Assembly (NCBI RefSeq): GCF_900079115.1
Contig: NZ_LT549890.1
Location: 1,200,001 to 1,232,000, forward strand
DNA length: 32,000 bases
Direction of reading: 5' to 3'
Origin: Saccharolobus solfataricus
GTDB lineage: Archaea; Thermoproteota; Thermoprotei_A; Sulfolobales; Sulfolobaceae
The position numbers were made by a program, and so were the translations under genes. Positions within the stretch are counted from its first letter, which is position 1, and each line of letters begins with the position of its first letter. This document shows positions 1 through 10,534 of this stretch, in pieces. The notes beneath the pieces were generated by a model, which searched no databases, was not told the DNA's origin, and saw nothing but the letters and a program-made list of their open reading frames with translations.

Positions 1-1020
1 TGCTTCAGAATTGTACAAAAAGTTTATAAATTATTCGTTTAAGTATTACCTATGGAAAAGAGTAAGTACAAGAGGGACTGGAGCAAGTACGACGAGAACG
101 TCATTACTAGATATAAGTTGATGTTCCCCTTCTACGTATTCGAACATTGGTGGGACTTATTAGCAGAGGAGAACAGGAACGCTAGGACAAAGTATAAAGC
201 TCCGAAGGAGTTCGACGAATTCCTAGCCTTCCTCCACATCTTCCTACCTTACAGAGCAATAGAAGGAGTATTAAGAGCCTTAGAACAATTGAAGATCATC
301 CCCACAAGCCTCGATTACTCAACAATATGGAAGAGAGTGAGGAACATGAAAATAACCTTCCCCGAGGCAAGTGACGAACTTGAAGTAATTGCAGACGCTA
401 CAGGCATTAGCACAAACACGGGAGGACAATACATTGTTGCCAAGTGGGGTAAGACTAGGGATTCAAAATTCCTCAAGATCGAGATAGTAATGGACAATAA
501 CGAATTCAACGTGATAAACGCTGAGGTCACTAGCAACGAGGTTGAAAGCGCTGTAAAAACAGTTAAGGATCTTCAAGATAAGGGAAAGAAGGTCAAGAAG
601 TTTTATGGAGATAAGACATATGACGCCAATGAGGTTTACAAGACCGGAGTTGAGGTTGTAGTTCCTCCCAAGAAGAACGCTTCTACTAAAAGGGGCCATC
701 TTGCTAGACGTAAGGCTGTGCGGGAGTTTAGGAAGTTGGGTTATGATCGTTGGAGGGAGGAGAAGGGTTATGGCGTTAGGTGGAGGGTCGAGTCCTTGTT
801 CTCTGCGGTGAAGCGTACTTTTGGGGAATCGGTTAGGGCAACAAGTTTTGCTGGACAAGTAGTTGAGGCTAAGCTCAAGTTCTGGGCTTACGCGTGGATG
901 GTTCACTTGGCGAATTCTGTAGTCGGTAGGGCTCCGGGCATTAGGGTGTAAGCTTGAGAGGAACGTTGAAATAAATATTAATTACTGAAAAATTAGTGTT
1001 ATACAATATCGTTTTAATGA
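1..1020 (+). mobile_element. IS5-family insertion sequence, ISC1058-like. Termini are unresolved: the left end is at or beyond the window edge and the right end is approximate.
   Basis: One transposase ORF fills the segment. The palindromic core ttgtacaa at 11-18 recurs at 24791-24798, at the end of another IS5-like element. The family name is from memory of Sulfolobus IS nomenclature and is not verified. Confidence 0.55.
52..951 (+). CDS. IS5-family DDE transposase (ISC1058-type)
   Basis: 299-aa ORF with DDE-type motifs FYGDKTYDA and GVRWRVESLFSAVKRTFG (RW.VE..F...K signature of IS4/IS5 transposases). Confidence 0.85.
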   Translation: MEKSKYKRDWSKYDENVITRYKLMFPFYVFEHWWDLLAEENRNARTKYKAPKEFDEFLAFLHIFLPYRAIEGVLRALEQLKIIPTSLDYSTIWKRVRNMKITFPEASDELEVIADATGISTNTGGQYIVAKWGKTRDSKFLKIEIVMDNNEFNVINAEVTSNEVESAVKTVKDLQDKGKKVKKFYGDKTYDANEVYKTGVEVVVPPKKNASTKRGHLARRKAVREFRKLGYDRWREEKGYGVRWRVESLFSAVKRTFGESVRATSFAGQVVEAKLKFWAYAWMVHLANSVVGRAPGIRV

Positions 1021-1502
1021 GACAAATTGAACAAATCAACAAAGTAGGTAGGAGGTTCAAAAATAAATTAGATGTTATAAGAGGTTTGGGATATAACTGG
1101 AGTGATATGAAAATTGCGTATTCCCAACATTCAATTCCATATAAGATTTTTGTCAATGCCCCTTCCTTTGTACTCGCCAAACTTATGGGAATTTATAGAA
1201 ACTATAAGGAATATAATAACGGAGTTGGTACAATATTATCAGCTCTTGATAGAATGATTGATCTTAAGGAGATAGGAATTAATGATAAGTACTTCTTATT
1301 TGGTGGGTATTGGGGTTTCTTCAGTGCGTATAATTTGGATAAGATTATTGATGAAAAGCTACCAAGTAAAGTAGGGAGAGTAAGAAAGCTCATATGCAAT
1401 GATGATGGGCTACGATATATCAAAACCTTAGATGGATTTGACATAATTAAGCTTGCATCTTTTTTAAAAGACAAGCTTGAATGTAAGGAGTTCAACCTTT
1501 AG
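996..1502 (+). CDS. Hypothetical protein; no recognisable family. The start is more likely the in-frame ATG at 1017.
   Basis: 168-aa ORF with AT-rich codon usage like the neighbouring host genes. Its 3' end overlaps the convergent permease gene by 11 nt. No motif recognised. Confidence 0.35.
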   Translation: MLYNIVLMRQIEQINKVGRRFKNKLDVIRGLGYNWSDMKIAYSQHSIPYKIFVNAPSFVLAKLMGIYRNYKEYNNGVGTILSALDRMIDLKEIGINDKYFLFGGYWGFFSAYNLDKIIDEKLPSKVGRVRKLICNDDGLRYIKTLDGFDIIKLASFLKDKLECKEFNL

Positions 1503-2832
1503 AATTCTCACTCTCACTTGATTGCCTGCTTATCTCCAATGCCTCAGCGTAAATGAAACCTAGTATTATCCAACCAAAGAACAAGTACACAATGTACTTG
1601 TTAAACGTTGGTAAAGAGTAGAGAAATACTGAAATACTGACTAATGATGCAAATATCCCGATAAATACTTCGTGAAGGTGCTTTAAGGCTCTCTTTGATG
1701 CAATCCTAACCAGTGATGAATTGGCTGAAATATGAATAAATAGGTTATTTAAGCCAGCCAGGGCTCCAAGTATTGTAAAAACATTGTATAGTCCAAAGGT
1801 GTAGGTCATTGCAGTTAGCGAAGTTATAAAGACTAATCCTACAAGTAGTTCAGAGTATTTCACCTTAGAGAGACCACTTGGCATTATTTTATCCTCAGCC
1901 ATTGCTTTCAATGTTCTAGAGTTAGCTAAAATATACGTCATTCCTCCTAATGTCCCATCGCTTAATGCGATGAGGGCTATTACTAATGTCCCTATTAAGC
2001 CAAATCTGAACAGTAAGTAGTCTATTAAGTTTCCAGTGAAGTTCATGGCTGCTAAGGAGTAAAAGAAAAACGTTGCTATTAAACCTCCAAATAATAAGAC
2101 TGAAATTGCAGCCTTACCTATGGTCTTAGGATTAGTTTCCCCACCTAAGGGAGCTATTGAGCCATAACCAGTTGGTATTCCTAATCCGAATACTACAGCT
2201 GATATTAAGGTAGGTGTAATTGAACTCGGTATTGGATTGTAAAAATTCCATCTAGAATCGTAAAGAAATAATAAGGAAAGTAGGGAAATTATTAAGATTT
2301 CCACTATTGACGCTCCAATAGCGTATTTAGCTGACACTTGTACTCCAGCAAGCACTATTGAAGTTGCAATTATTCCAATAATTAGTGCGTAAAACCACTG
2401 ATCATAAAATATTGAAGGCAGCATTGTAGAAGGTATGTACGTTGAAATAATAGTATAAAGTACGTAAGCGCCACCTGTGAGTAGCGTTCCACCATAAGCC
2501 AACCCATAAAGTAAATAGTTCCAACCCGTATTCAATCCTAACCTAGAGGTTAAGGAGTAAAATGCGTATGTGTAATACCCCCCACCCCTCTTAAATCGCC
2601 CAGATAAGGAATAAATAACCAGACCATTAAATAGGACCACGAGAGTTGCGATCAACATTGCAAATGGTGCTTGCGTTCCGACTTTTCCTATCATTACAGT
2701 ACCGAAGGTTAGTAAGGAGATAAAGGGCGCTTGCCCACCAAATGAGATAAAGAATACGTCTTTAAATGTTAGCTTTTTACTCGTCTTCATTTCCTCCTTT
2801 TTGTCAATCTCTTCCTTCATACAGTAAAACAT
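1492..2832 (-). CDS. APC-superfamily amino acid/polyamine permease
   Basis: 446-aa ORF, hydrophobic throughout with roughly 12 predicted TM segments. G/A/L/I-rich helices are typical of amino-acid permeases. The true start is probably an internal Met (MKEEIDKK or MKTSKK). Confidence 0.7.
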   Translation of the reverse strand: MFYCMKEEIDKKEEMKTSKKLTFKDVFFISFGGQAPFISLLTFGTVMIGKVGTQAPFAMLIATLVVLFNGLVIYSLSGRFKRGGGYYTYAFYSLTSRLGLNTGWNYLLYGLAYGGTLLTGGAYVLYTIISTYIPSTMLPSIFYDQWFYALIIGIIATSIVLAGVQVSAKYAIGASIVEILIISLLSLLFLYDSRWNFYNPIPSSITPTLISAVVFGLGIPTGYGSIAPLGGETNPKTIGKAAISVLLFGGLIATFFFYSLAAMNFTGNLIDYLLFRFGLIGTLVIALIALSDGTLGGMTYILANSRTLKAMAEDKIMPSGLSKVKYSELLVGLVFITSLTAMTYTFGLYNVFTILGALAGLNNLFIHISANSSLVRIASKRALKHLHEVFIGIFASLVSISVFLYSLPTFNKYIVYLFFGWIILGFIYAEALEISRQSSESENSKG

Positions 2833-2870
2833 AGTGATACATTACAAATAAACGTTTCCGTATGTAACTA

Positions 2871-2912
2871 GACTGTGGACAACAATTTCATTCATTTGAG
2901 ACTTAGTTTAAG
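2871..2912. repeat. Solo terminus of a MITE family (same terminus as at 26045 and 26916)
   Basis: gactgtggacaacaatttcattcatttgagacttagtttaag closely matches 26045-26084 (agtgtggacaataacttcgttcattcgaaacttagtttaa) and the inverted copy at 26895-26916. Confidence 0.45.
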
Positions 2913-2930
2913 TTCCCTTAATATCGCTTT

Positions 2931-3077
2931 GGGCGATTCAGTTATTATTTTAAAGATTGCTACAATTTGACTGAATGAAGGGCGACTAACTGGCAGAGAT
3001 ACATGATTACCAATGTTAACATTTTTATAAGCACATTATTTACAAATTACAATTCGCAAAGGAGACCTGAATCGCCC
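2931..3077. repeat. Possible 147-bp MITE-like unit bounded by an 11-bp perfect inverted repeat
   Basis: gggcgattcag (2931-2941) against ctgaatcgccc (3067-3077). The repeat does not extend, and an 11-mer match at this spacing is only weakly significant. Confidence 0.3.
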
Positions 3078-3095
3078 ATTTTCCCTTCTAACACC

Positions 3096-3671
3096 TCATA
3101 ACTTCTCTAAAAGCTTTTCAAACCCCTTAATTTCTCTAAGTGGTAATCCCATACTTCCTCTTGTCACAGCTAAAACTTCAGCAACAATTGAAAACGCGAT
3201 CTCCTTCTCGTTTTTAGCACCAATATCTAAACCAGCTGGTATTCTCAATTTCTTTAATTTCTCTTTATCAATTCCAGCTTGGATAAGCCTCTTCAATATT
3301 ACCTCAGCCCTTTTTAAGCTCATTATTACAGCAATCTCCTTAGCTCCACCGTAAATTGACTTCATAATAGCCCAAGTATCGTATACGTGTCTAGTTGCGA
3401 CTATTACGTAATTGTCCTTTACAACGTCATCTGGAATTTGGAAAGTAGTACCTTTAATCACCTCATCAGCCTCATAATAACTTTCCTCAGCAAAAGGATC
3501 TACTACTAAAACGTGGAAGCCCAAATCTTTTAAATATCTCGCTATAAATGGCGCAACGTTAATTCCCTTCCCAGTACACTTACTGGCATCAACTTTGACG
3601 GTGTCCCTATCGCAAAATACTGGTTCCTCCATATCCGCTTCCCTACTTGAAGCAAATATAACGACTTTCAT
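3096..3671 (-). CDS. XdhC/CoxI-family accessory protein, Rossmann-like C-terminal domain only
   Basis: 191 aa. The segment RIPAGLDIGAKNEKEIAFSIVAEVLAV matches the conserved XdhC C-terminal motif (P.GLdiGa.tpeEIA.SI.AEi). No N-terminal XdhC_CoxI domain is present. Confidence 0.7.
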   Translation of the reverse strand: MKVVIFASSREADMEEPVFCDRDTVKVDASKCTGKGINVAPFIARYLKDLGFHVLVVDPFAEESYYEADEVIKGTTFQIPDDVVKDNYVIVATRHVYDTWAIMKSIYGGAKEIAVIMSLKRAEVILKRLIQAGIDKEKLKKLRIPAGLDIGAKNEKEIAFSIVAEVLAVTRGSMGLPLREIKGFEKLLEKL

Positions 3672-3718
3672 AAATTAACATACTAACTAAACGCTTATAT
3701 GTATTCATTAAAACCGAG

Positions 3719-5091
3719 TTAAGGTAGTTTCAAGTAAAGTGAACTACCAAGCTTTAATTGTAGATCCATAAAGTTTTAACAAAAAATAATACTAACAAGC
3801 TAATATCTGGTTAACAGAAGATAATGGAGTAAATTACAATATTAAGAAGTTAAGAAGTTGAAAAAGATTTAAGGTGAGGAAAACCATATATTACTAAGGA
3901 TGAATTCGAATGATAACACTAGATTTTCCTCACCGAAATGATGTTGAGCAGATAGGGCATAAATTACTTTCCATGATAGACTTCAAGGGAAGTAAGGTAG
4001 AAGAAGTCGCCAAGGTCCTCGTCTCAGCAGCCCTATTGAATGACTCGATTGAGAACAAGCTAAAGATGTTTGGGATCTCAGACCAAACGGTAAGTAATTA
4101 CGCCGAGAAAGAAGAAGTTGCCGAGAGAACTCGAAAGAGTAAAGCAATTATTGCATGATATGTTAAAAGGAGGTAAACATATTTATCGATTGGATTACAA
4201 TGAGACGGTAGGCCAGTCGAGGGGTTAGGTAGCTCAGACGAAGGATACTCATGGAACTACGTCACTACAACGACAAAACCCAATGAGAAAGTACTTGTAC
4301 TCGCATTCATAGAACAAGAGAACGGGGTGACTAAGGACATAGTGAAAATATTCGTAGAACAAGTATCAGGGAATTTCAATATCTCGATAACACTTGACGC
4401 TGGATTTAACTCAATAGACGTACTGAACTTCATCTTACAATTCAAGTACATAATCGCAGTACCAGTTGGGGACGTCAAAATTTATGAGTTGATGGGGAAT
4501 ACAAGACGAACATTAAGAGGTACAAGAAGGATGAACAAGTGACGTTCAGATTATTCGTTTATAGAAGAGGGAGGAAGAAGGAAAAAGATTGAGTATTTCG
4601 CAAGGTCACTAACCTTGCCCAAGGATCAAGTGCTCAAGTTTTACAACAAGGTGAGGAACCCTATAGAGACTTCCTATAAGAACATCAAGTCATTTCTCCC
4701 GTTCATAAGCTTAATCAAGTTCGCTAGTATTTTGGAAAAGTTCTTAGACTATGATCTAGTGGTATATCCTTTGCCTAAAGCTATAAACTTTCTGAAAGCA
4801 CTAGCGTTCCGTAAGCTAATCTTCATGATAGCTCTCTACCCCCTCCTATGGTTGCAGAAAATCACTGCCACGGTCCACTTTGTTAGAGGCGAGGCATGTG
4901 GTGCCTCTTCACAATATTCAAGGAAGTGAAGAAGGAAGACTTTTACTAATCCTTTTATTCATAACATTAGTTCTCGGAGATAATCCTAAAAATAGATAAA
5001 ACGCTTAACAATACTACGAATTTATTTTCAAGAGGGGTGTGATTTTTGATCTACTGTAAAGGGAGAAGTTTATCCTCTTCTTCCTAGGTTA
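3719..5091 (+). mobile_element. Decayed DDE-type IS, copy 1 (about 1.37 kb, long imperfect terminal inverted repeats); family not assigned
   Basis: Homologous end to end with 10530-11738. Inner ends are gtagatccataaag (left) and gatttttgatctactg (right). The outer right end ...cttcctaggtta is homologous to 11690-11738 and inverted relative to 26081-26129. Confidence 0.7.
3910..4929 (+). pseudogene. Frameshifted DDE transposase of the decayed IS (three ORF fragments: 3910-4158, 4327-4542, 4615-4929)
   Basis: The fragments lie in different frames. They carry LDAGFNSIDVLNF (second Asp region) and NPIETSYKNIKSF (Glu region) and are collinear with the fragments of copy 2. Confidence 0.65.
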
Positions 5092-5455
5092 TACCAAATA
5101 ATATAGTCCACTCATTTGCTAACACGAATTATCATTCTATGTTAAGAAATTCTTTGCTTTTTAAACGGAAAGATCTCTATATTATATTATAGTATAACTT
5201 ATTCTTTTAGTATCCTAAATAACTCATTATGAACTTCCTTAGTTGATGGTAAATCGGGAGTAGAAGTATTCCTACAAGGGAGAAAATTGGATACAGCTAT
5301 TGTGTTCACTATTCCTTCATTTGTGATCAAAGGATTCTAAATAACGCCGTAATACTTTCCTTCTTTATTAGTTCTTCATTAAAATTTATCAAAAACTAGA
5401 AGATATCTACAGAAACTATCACAATAGGTATGAAAGAAAAGTCTTGTTATGAGTA

Positions 5456-5467
5456 AATTTTATTTTC
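5456..5467 (+). promoter_or_regulatory. Candidate TATA box for the ParA-like gene (leaderless transcript model)
   Basis: aaattttatttt is centred about 27 nt upstream of GTG 5489. This spacing is typical of Sulfolobales leaderless mRNAs. Prediction only. Confidence 0.3.
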
Positions 5468-5488
5468 TCATTTTGCCATTTATCTATA

Positions 5489-6232
5489 GTGAAGATTAGG
5501 GTTGATATTATAGGTTTAAAAGGTGGTGTCGGGAAGACAACAATAGCGTTGAATACTGCATTATATCTTTCCAAGAGATATAAGGTTTTATATATTGATA
5601 AGGATCTGCTTTCAATGGGGTCTTTAATTTTAGGATTTAATGGCCTTGGTTTTAATAAAGCAATAGTAGAAGGTTTAGGCAATGAACAATATGAGTATAA
5701 GGTTAATAATAACTTAACGTTATTCAAGTTATATAGTGATCCAGTAAACGAGAGAGAGTTACAGCATAAGGTTAAAGGCATGGGTGAAAAAGCTGAAAGA
5801 GCCTACGTTGATGTTGTATCGAAGGGCTATGATGTTATCATAGTAGATTACGGTAGGATTTTCAGAACTAATGATCCATTAGTGTATGACGAATATGAAA
5901 TGTTTAAGAAAAATTTCCCTGACTATACGATAGCTGCAGCAGGAATTACTGACGCCATTAGAAATGATGTTACAGATGTTGTAAAATATTTTCTAGATAC
6001 AATAAATAGAATTAAAGCCAAACCCCTCGCTTTCGTAATTAACATGGTACCTCAAATAGGTGATATTCAGAAAGAAATTAATCAAATAGTTAGAGAAATT
6101 AGTGAAGTTGTAAAATGTGATATACTTACTATTCCCTTTAACGAGAAGTTAGTACAATATGCCAATATGGGAGAAGTAGAAGAAATGCAAAAAGTGGGAA
6201 AGTTAATAGAGCGAATTTTATCTAATGGGTAA
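5489..6232 (+). CDS. Orphan ParA/MinD-family (SIMIBI class) P-loop ATPase
   Basis: 247 aa. Deviant Walker A GLKGGVGKTT with the signature lysine, and Walker B-like VIIVDYG. No ParB-like or small DNA-binding ORF is adjacent. Confidence 0.8.
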   Translation: MKIRVDIIGLKGGVGKTTIALNTALYLSKRYKVLYIDKDLLSMGSLILGFNGLGFNKAIVEGLGNEQYEYKVNNNLTLFKLYSDPVNERELQHKVKGMGEKAERAYVDVVSKGYDVIIVDYGRIFRTNDPLVYDEYEMFKKNFPDYTIAAAGITDAIRNDVTDVVKYFLDTINRIKAKPLAFVINMVPQIGDIQKEINQIVREISEVVKCDILTIPFNEKLVQYANMGEVEEMQKVGKLIERILSNG

Positions 6233-6458
6233 TAGATCTTTTTAAGCTAGTTTACAAGTTTTTTACAAGAGAACGTCTATCCTTTTGATGCTGAATACTC
6301 TAAGCATAAGTGGTTTTTTCCAAATATTTACTTATACAATACATAAAAGTTGCATAAAAACTATTTTAGTTAAACTATCCGCATCCTCTACTAGAAAACG
6401 TTCATCGGGATATAAGAAAAAAATTGTTTATATGTATTTTAAAAAAAAAGAACATACT

Positions 6459-8537
6459 TTACTCTTTAGCCGTATTTTTCTTAACTGTAGGGATAATAGA
6501 TATTAATATAATAATTAGTATGAATGCTATTACAATAGCAGGTATTCCGTACACTTGGTATAACGTATATTTTCCCACGTAATTAACTAGGTAGTTAACT
6601 ACAGTTTCCCCTGGTGTTAATTTGACGTAATTTAATGGTATTGTGATGTTTTTGACGTATGTCTGATTACTATAGTAATAGAACATTGATATCTGAAATA
6701 CAGTATTCTTTGTGACATGTATGGTAAAAGGCATTGCTATGGTTTCGTTTGGTAGTATTTGTGAGATTACGTAGAATGGTGGTGTTATTGCAGTACCGTT
6801 GGGTTTTATAAGGATGTATATATTGTTGGCGTTTTGGTTTCCGGTGTTTTGTATGTATAGTATTAGTGTGGCTGTATATGTTCCAGTTGTTGATCTAGTT
6901 ATATTGATGAATTGGTATGTTGCATTCAACCTGACTGATATAGGTAACACTGATTTAGTATAATTTAATGGTATTGTGATGTTGCTAGTATATGATTGGT
7001 TACTATAGTAATAGAACATGGTTATTTGAACCAGTGCGCTATTTGGTGTGCGTAAAGTGAATGGGATTGCTATGGTTTCGTTTGGTAGTATTTGTGAGAT
7101 TACGTAGAATGGTGGTGTTATTGCAGTACCGTTGGGTTTTATAAGGATGTATATATTGTTGGCGTTTTGGTTTCCGGTGTTTTGTATGTATAGTATTAGT
7201 GTGGCTGTATATGTTCCAGTTGTTGATCTAGTTATATTGATGAATTGGTATGTTGCATTCAACCTGACGAATGGGACTTCGTAAACTTTCTGCCAGTAAG
7301 AAAACACGCTATTGCCAGAATAAAAGGTAATGTGAACAAGGTTAGGTTTTATAGTGGCAGGATACAAGACATTTCCTTTAGGAGATAGTTTTAGTATCTT
7401 TACAGCGTCTTGTCCAAACTGAACTGTTATATTATATAGCGTTATGTTATCACGATTAGATATGTTAATGTTACCGTTATTCCACGCTACACTTATTGGA
7501 TATACTATAGGAAAATAATAACTGCCTAAAGTTACGTTCTTAAGACCTAATGGTGTGTAGAAGAAAGCATAAATCTTGAGTGAAACATTTGAATTGGCAT
7601 AGAAGGATAATATGAAATTTACAGCACTATTTGAAGCTAAATGTGGAATAGTTAACATCTTCATAGTATTATTATAGTTGGCAATTATGGTGAGGTTGCT
7701 TATTGGAAGGGTGTCTTTATTTACTATTGAGACATTAAAGTTATTATAACCCGGATAAACGACTCCATTAGGAGTTCGAACATTTGCATATAGTGTTGAT
7801 ATTGAAGTATTTACGTTAGTTTCTAAAACGAGTTGCCTAACATAGTAGAGGTTATAGGGTGTTAAAAACCGTATAGTTAATGGAATATTTAAATGATAAA
7901 TCGGAATATCTTCAAATGGGACAAATAGCTCCACTGATATGTCCTTACTCCCGTTAACGTAAGACAAACTAACGTTTTTCATAAAATATGGGGATAAGAT
8001 AGAGCCATTGTAGAGTGGAGATGGTGTGTTAATTCGAAAGATAACTTCTTGGAAACCTTGTATTAAGCTTGAATTTAATAGTTTAATACTAAAGTTATAA
8101 ATACCATAGTAAGGCAAAGTAAATGAGGTATTATAAGATACATTACCCCCATTTTCAGTGATTAATGACAACATTACTGGGAAATCTAACTGATTAGGAA
8201 GACTCGAGCTAACTATAGTAATGTTAAATTGTATGTTATATTGTTGCACTTGAGAGGATAAGGGTAAAATGTCTTCTACATAATGTCCTTCGGTAGCGTT
8301 TAGAATTCCTTGAGGTAAAAGTATCTTTGCAATTAGGGCATAAGCGTTTATCTTAGTAGAATTTAAAAACGTAATCAAGTTTACATTTATCGTTGTAAGA
8401 TTATCCAAGGTGGGGATTGTCTTCCAGTTAGCTGTAATGAAGTATGAAAAAGGTGGTGTTGTAGATGAGGAATTTGAGACTCCAGATAACATTAGTGGGA
8501 AGAGCACTAGAAGTATTAAGACAATTGATTTATACAT
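6459..8537 (-). CDS. Secreted, heavily N-glycosylation-sequon-rich surface protein with a C-terminal TM anchor and an internal 111-aa tandem duplication
   Basis: 692 aa. N-terminal signal-like MYKSIVLILLVLFPLMLSG. C-terminal IPAIVIAFILIIILISIIP followed by KKNTAKE. I counted about 34 N-x-S/T sequons by eye. ATG 8537 is preceded by AGGTGA (Shine-Dalgarno-like). Confidence 0.8.
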   Translation of the reverse strand: MYKSIVLILLVLFPLMLSGVSNSSSTTPPFSYFITANWKTIPTLDNLTTINVNLITFLNSTKINAYALIAKILLPQGILNATEGHYVEDILPLSSQVQQYNIQFNITIVSSSLPNQLDFPVMLSLITENGGNVSYNTSFTLPYYGIYNFSIKLLNSSLIQGFQEVIFRINTPSPLYNGSILSPYFMKNVSLSYVNGSKDISVELFVPFEDIPIYHLNIPLTIRFLTPYNLYYVRQLVLETNVNTSISTLYANVRTPNGVVYPGYNNFNVSIVNKDTLPISNLTIIANYNNTMKMLTIPHLASNSAVNFILSFYANSNVSLKIYAFFYTPLGLKNVTLGSYYFPIVYPISVAWNNGNINISNRDNITLYNITVQFGQDAVKILKLSPKGNVLYPATIKPNLVHITFYSGNSVFSYWQKVYEVPFVRLNATYQFINITRSTTGTYTATLILYIQNTGNQNANNIYILIKPNGTAITPPFYVISQILPNETIAIPFTLRTPNSALVQITMFYYYSNQSYTSNITIPLNYTKSVLPISVRLNATYQFINITRSTTGTYTATLILYIQNTGNQNANNIYILIKPNGTAITPPFYVISQILPNETIAMPFTIHVTKNTVFQISMFYYYSNQTYVKNITIPLNYVKLTPGETVVNYLVNYVGKYTLYQVYGIPAIVIAFILIIILISIIPTVKKNTAKE
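6603..7268 (-). repeat. Two tandem 333-bp (111-codon) units inside the surface-protein gene, with a 203-bp perfectly identical core
   Basis: 6733-6935 is identical to 7066-7268 (offset exactly 333). The remaining 130 bp of each unit is clearly diverged (PFTLRTPNSALVQITMFYYYSNQSYTSNITIPLNY versus PFTIHVTKNTVFQISMFYYYSNQTYVKNITIPLNY). Confidence 0.95.
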
Positions 8538-8547
8538 CTCATATCAC

Positions 8548-9003
8548 CTACTCCTCAAAATCCTTCAATATCCATCCTTGATATCCATGAATTTCTAGTT
8601 CTTTACAAGCTGAGACAGATTTCGCTTCACCTATAGTAATGGAAACATTAGGGATAGTCTTATTTTCACACAGATTCACTACTCCATTGAGATCGAGCTG
8701 CGAAATATCATTAATTAGAAGGATGATTTTCACATCCTTTCTTCTTAGTTCCTTTATCTTTTTAATATTCTCTATATGAAAATTAAGGTATGTTAGAGTT
8801 GATTCTTCGTAAATAAATATCAATCTTATTTCTCTCTCTAGATCCAAGTAAAACGGAATTTTAATTCCGTTAATTTCCACATTTTTCCTTGCACTAATCA
8901 CTATCTGATCTAATTTTTTAACCATTTCCATTAAATAATCATTAATTAAATCATCTTCTATTAACTCATTTTTTGAAACTAAGATTTTATCCATTTTTCC
9001 CAC
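8548..9003 (-). CDS. Hypothetical soluble protein, middle gene of the glycosyltransferase operon. The likely start is ATG 8994.
   Basis: About 148-151 aa with no hydrophobic segment. The upstream gene's stop TAG (9006-9004) is immediately followed by GTG. ATG 8994 is preceded by GGTGG at a 6-nt spacing. No family recognised. Confidence 0.6.
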   Translation of the reverse strand: MGKMDKILVSKNELIEDDLINDYLMEMVKKLDQIVISARKNVEINGIKIPFYLDLEREIRLIFIYEESTLTYLNFHIENIKKIKELRRKDVKIILLINDISQLDLNGVVNLCENKTIPNVSITIGEAKSVSACKELEIHGYQGWILKDFEE

Positions 9004-10272
<1,269 letters not shown>

Positions 10273-10453
10273 AAGCTTATAAATCCTTATGTTTTTTTCA
10301 TCAAAATTAGATATATAATAACTATGAATTATACACAGTTCACAACTTAGAAAAATAATAATATTTAAATAAATAACATTTATTCTTAACCAACAAAGTT
10401 AACTACACGATATCTTTATTGGTATATAAGATTTTTATTTATCTCACGGAGCG

Positions 10454-10534
10454 TTCAGTAATAAATCTCGTGGTTGAATTTTAAGCATAGTGTAAGCTAA
10501 TATTACCACGCAGATCTCCTTTCAATCCGCGTGA
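10454..10534. repeat. About 80-nt repeat unit homologous to the sequence flanking the IS110-type transposase 3' end (solo copy)
   Basis: ttcagtaataaatctcgtggttgaattttaagcatagt...ccacgcaga...tccgcgtg aligns with 15701-15779. A truncated third copy lies at 26014-26046. Confidence 0.6.

Noticed and set aside
315-1495. Antisense or overlapping ORFs 315-536, 463-906, 941-1180 and 1202-1495. Analogous ones occur at 4257-4478, 5419-5781, 8410-8598, 9884-10117, 10878-11090, 13659-13958, 16709-17002, 19154-19480, 20587-20835, 21131-21340, 21625-22400, 22799-22987, 23227-24259, 28816-29001 and 31359-31652.
   Set aside because: Each lies opposite, or out of frame within, a gene or IS with clear family motifs. 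None carries a recognisable motif of its own, and their composition is odd.
4223-4238. tRNA-like string ggttaggtagctcaga (also at 11013-11028)
   Set aside because: It resembles an acceptor/D-arm start, but no anticodon or T-arm (GTTCRA) follows. It is conserved because it lies inside both copies of the decayed transposase gene.
6603-7268. Considered whether the repeated DNA could be a CRISPR array or an assembly duplicate
   Set aside because: The unit is 333 bp, in frame within a coding gene, present in only two copies and without short spacers, so it is not CRISPR-like. No short direct-repeat/spacer periodicity was seen anywhere in the window.
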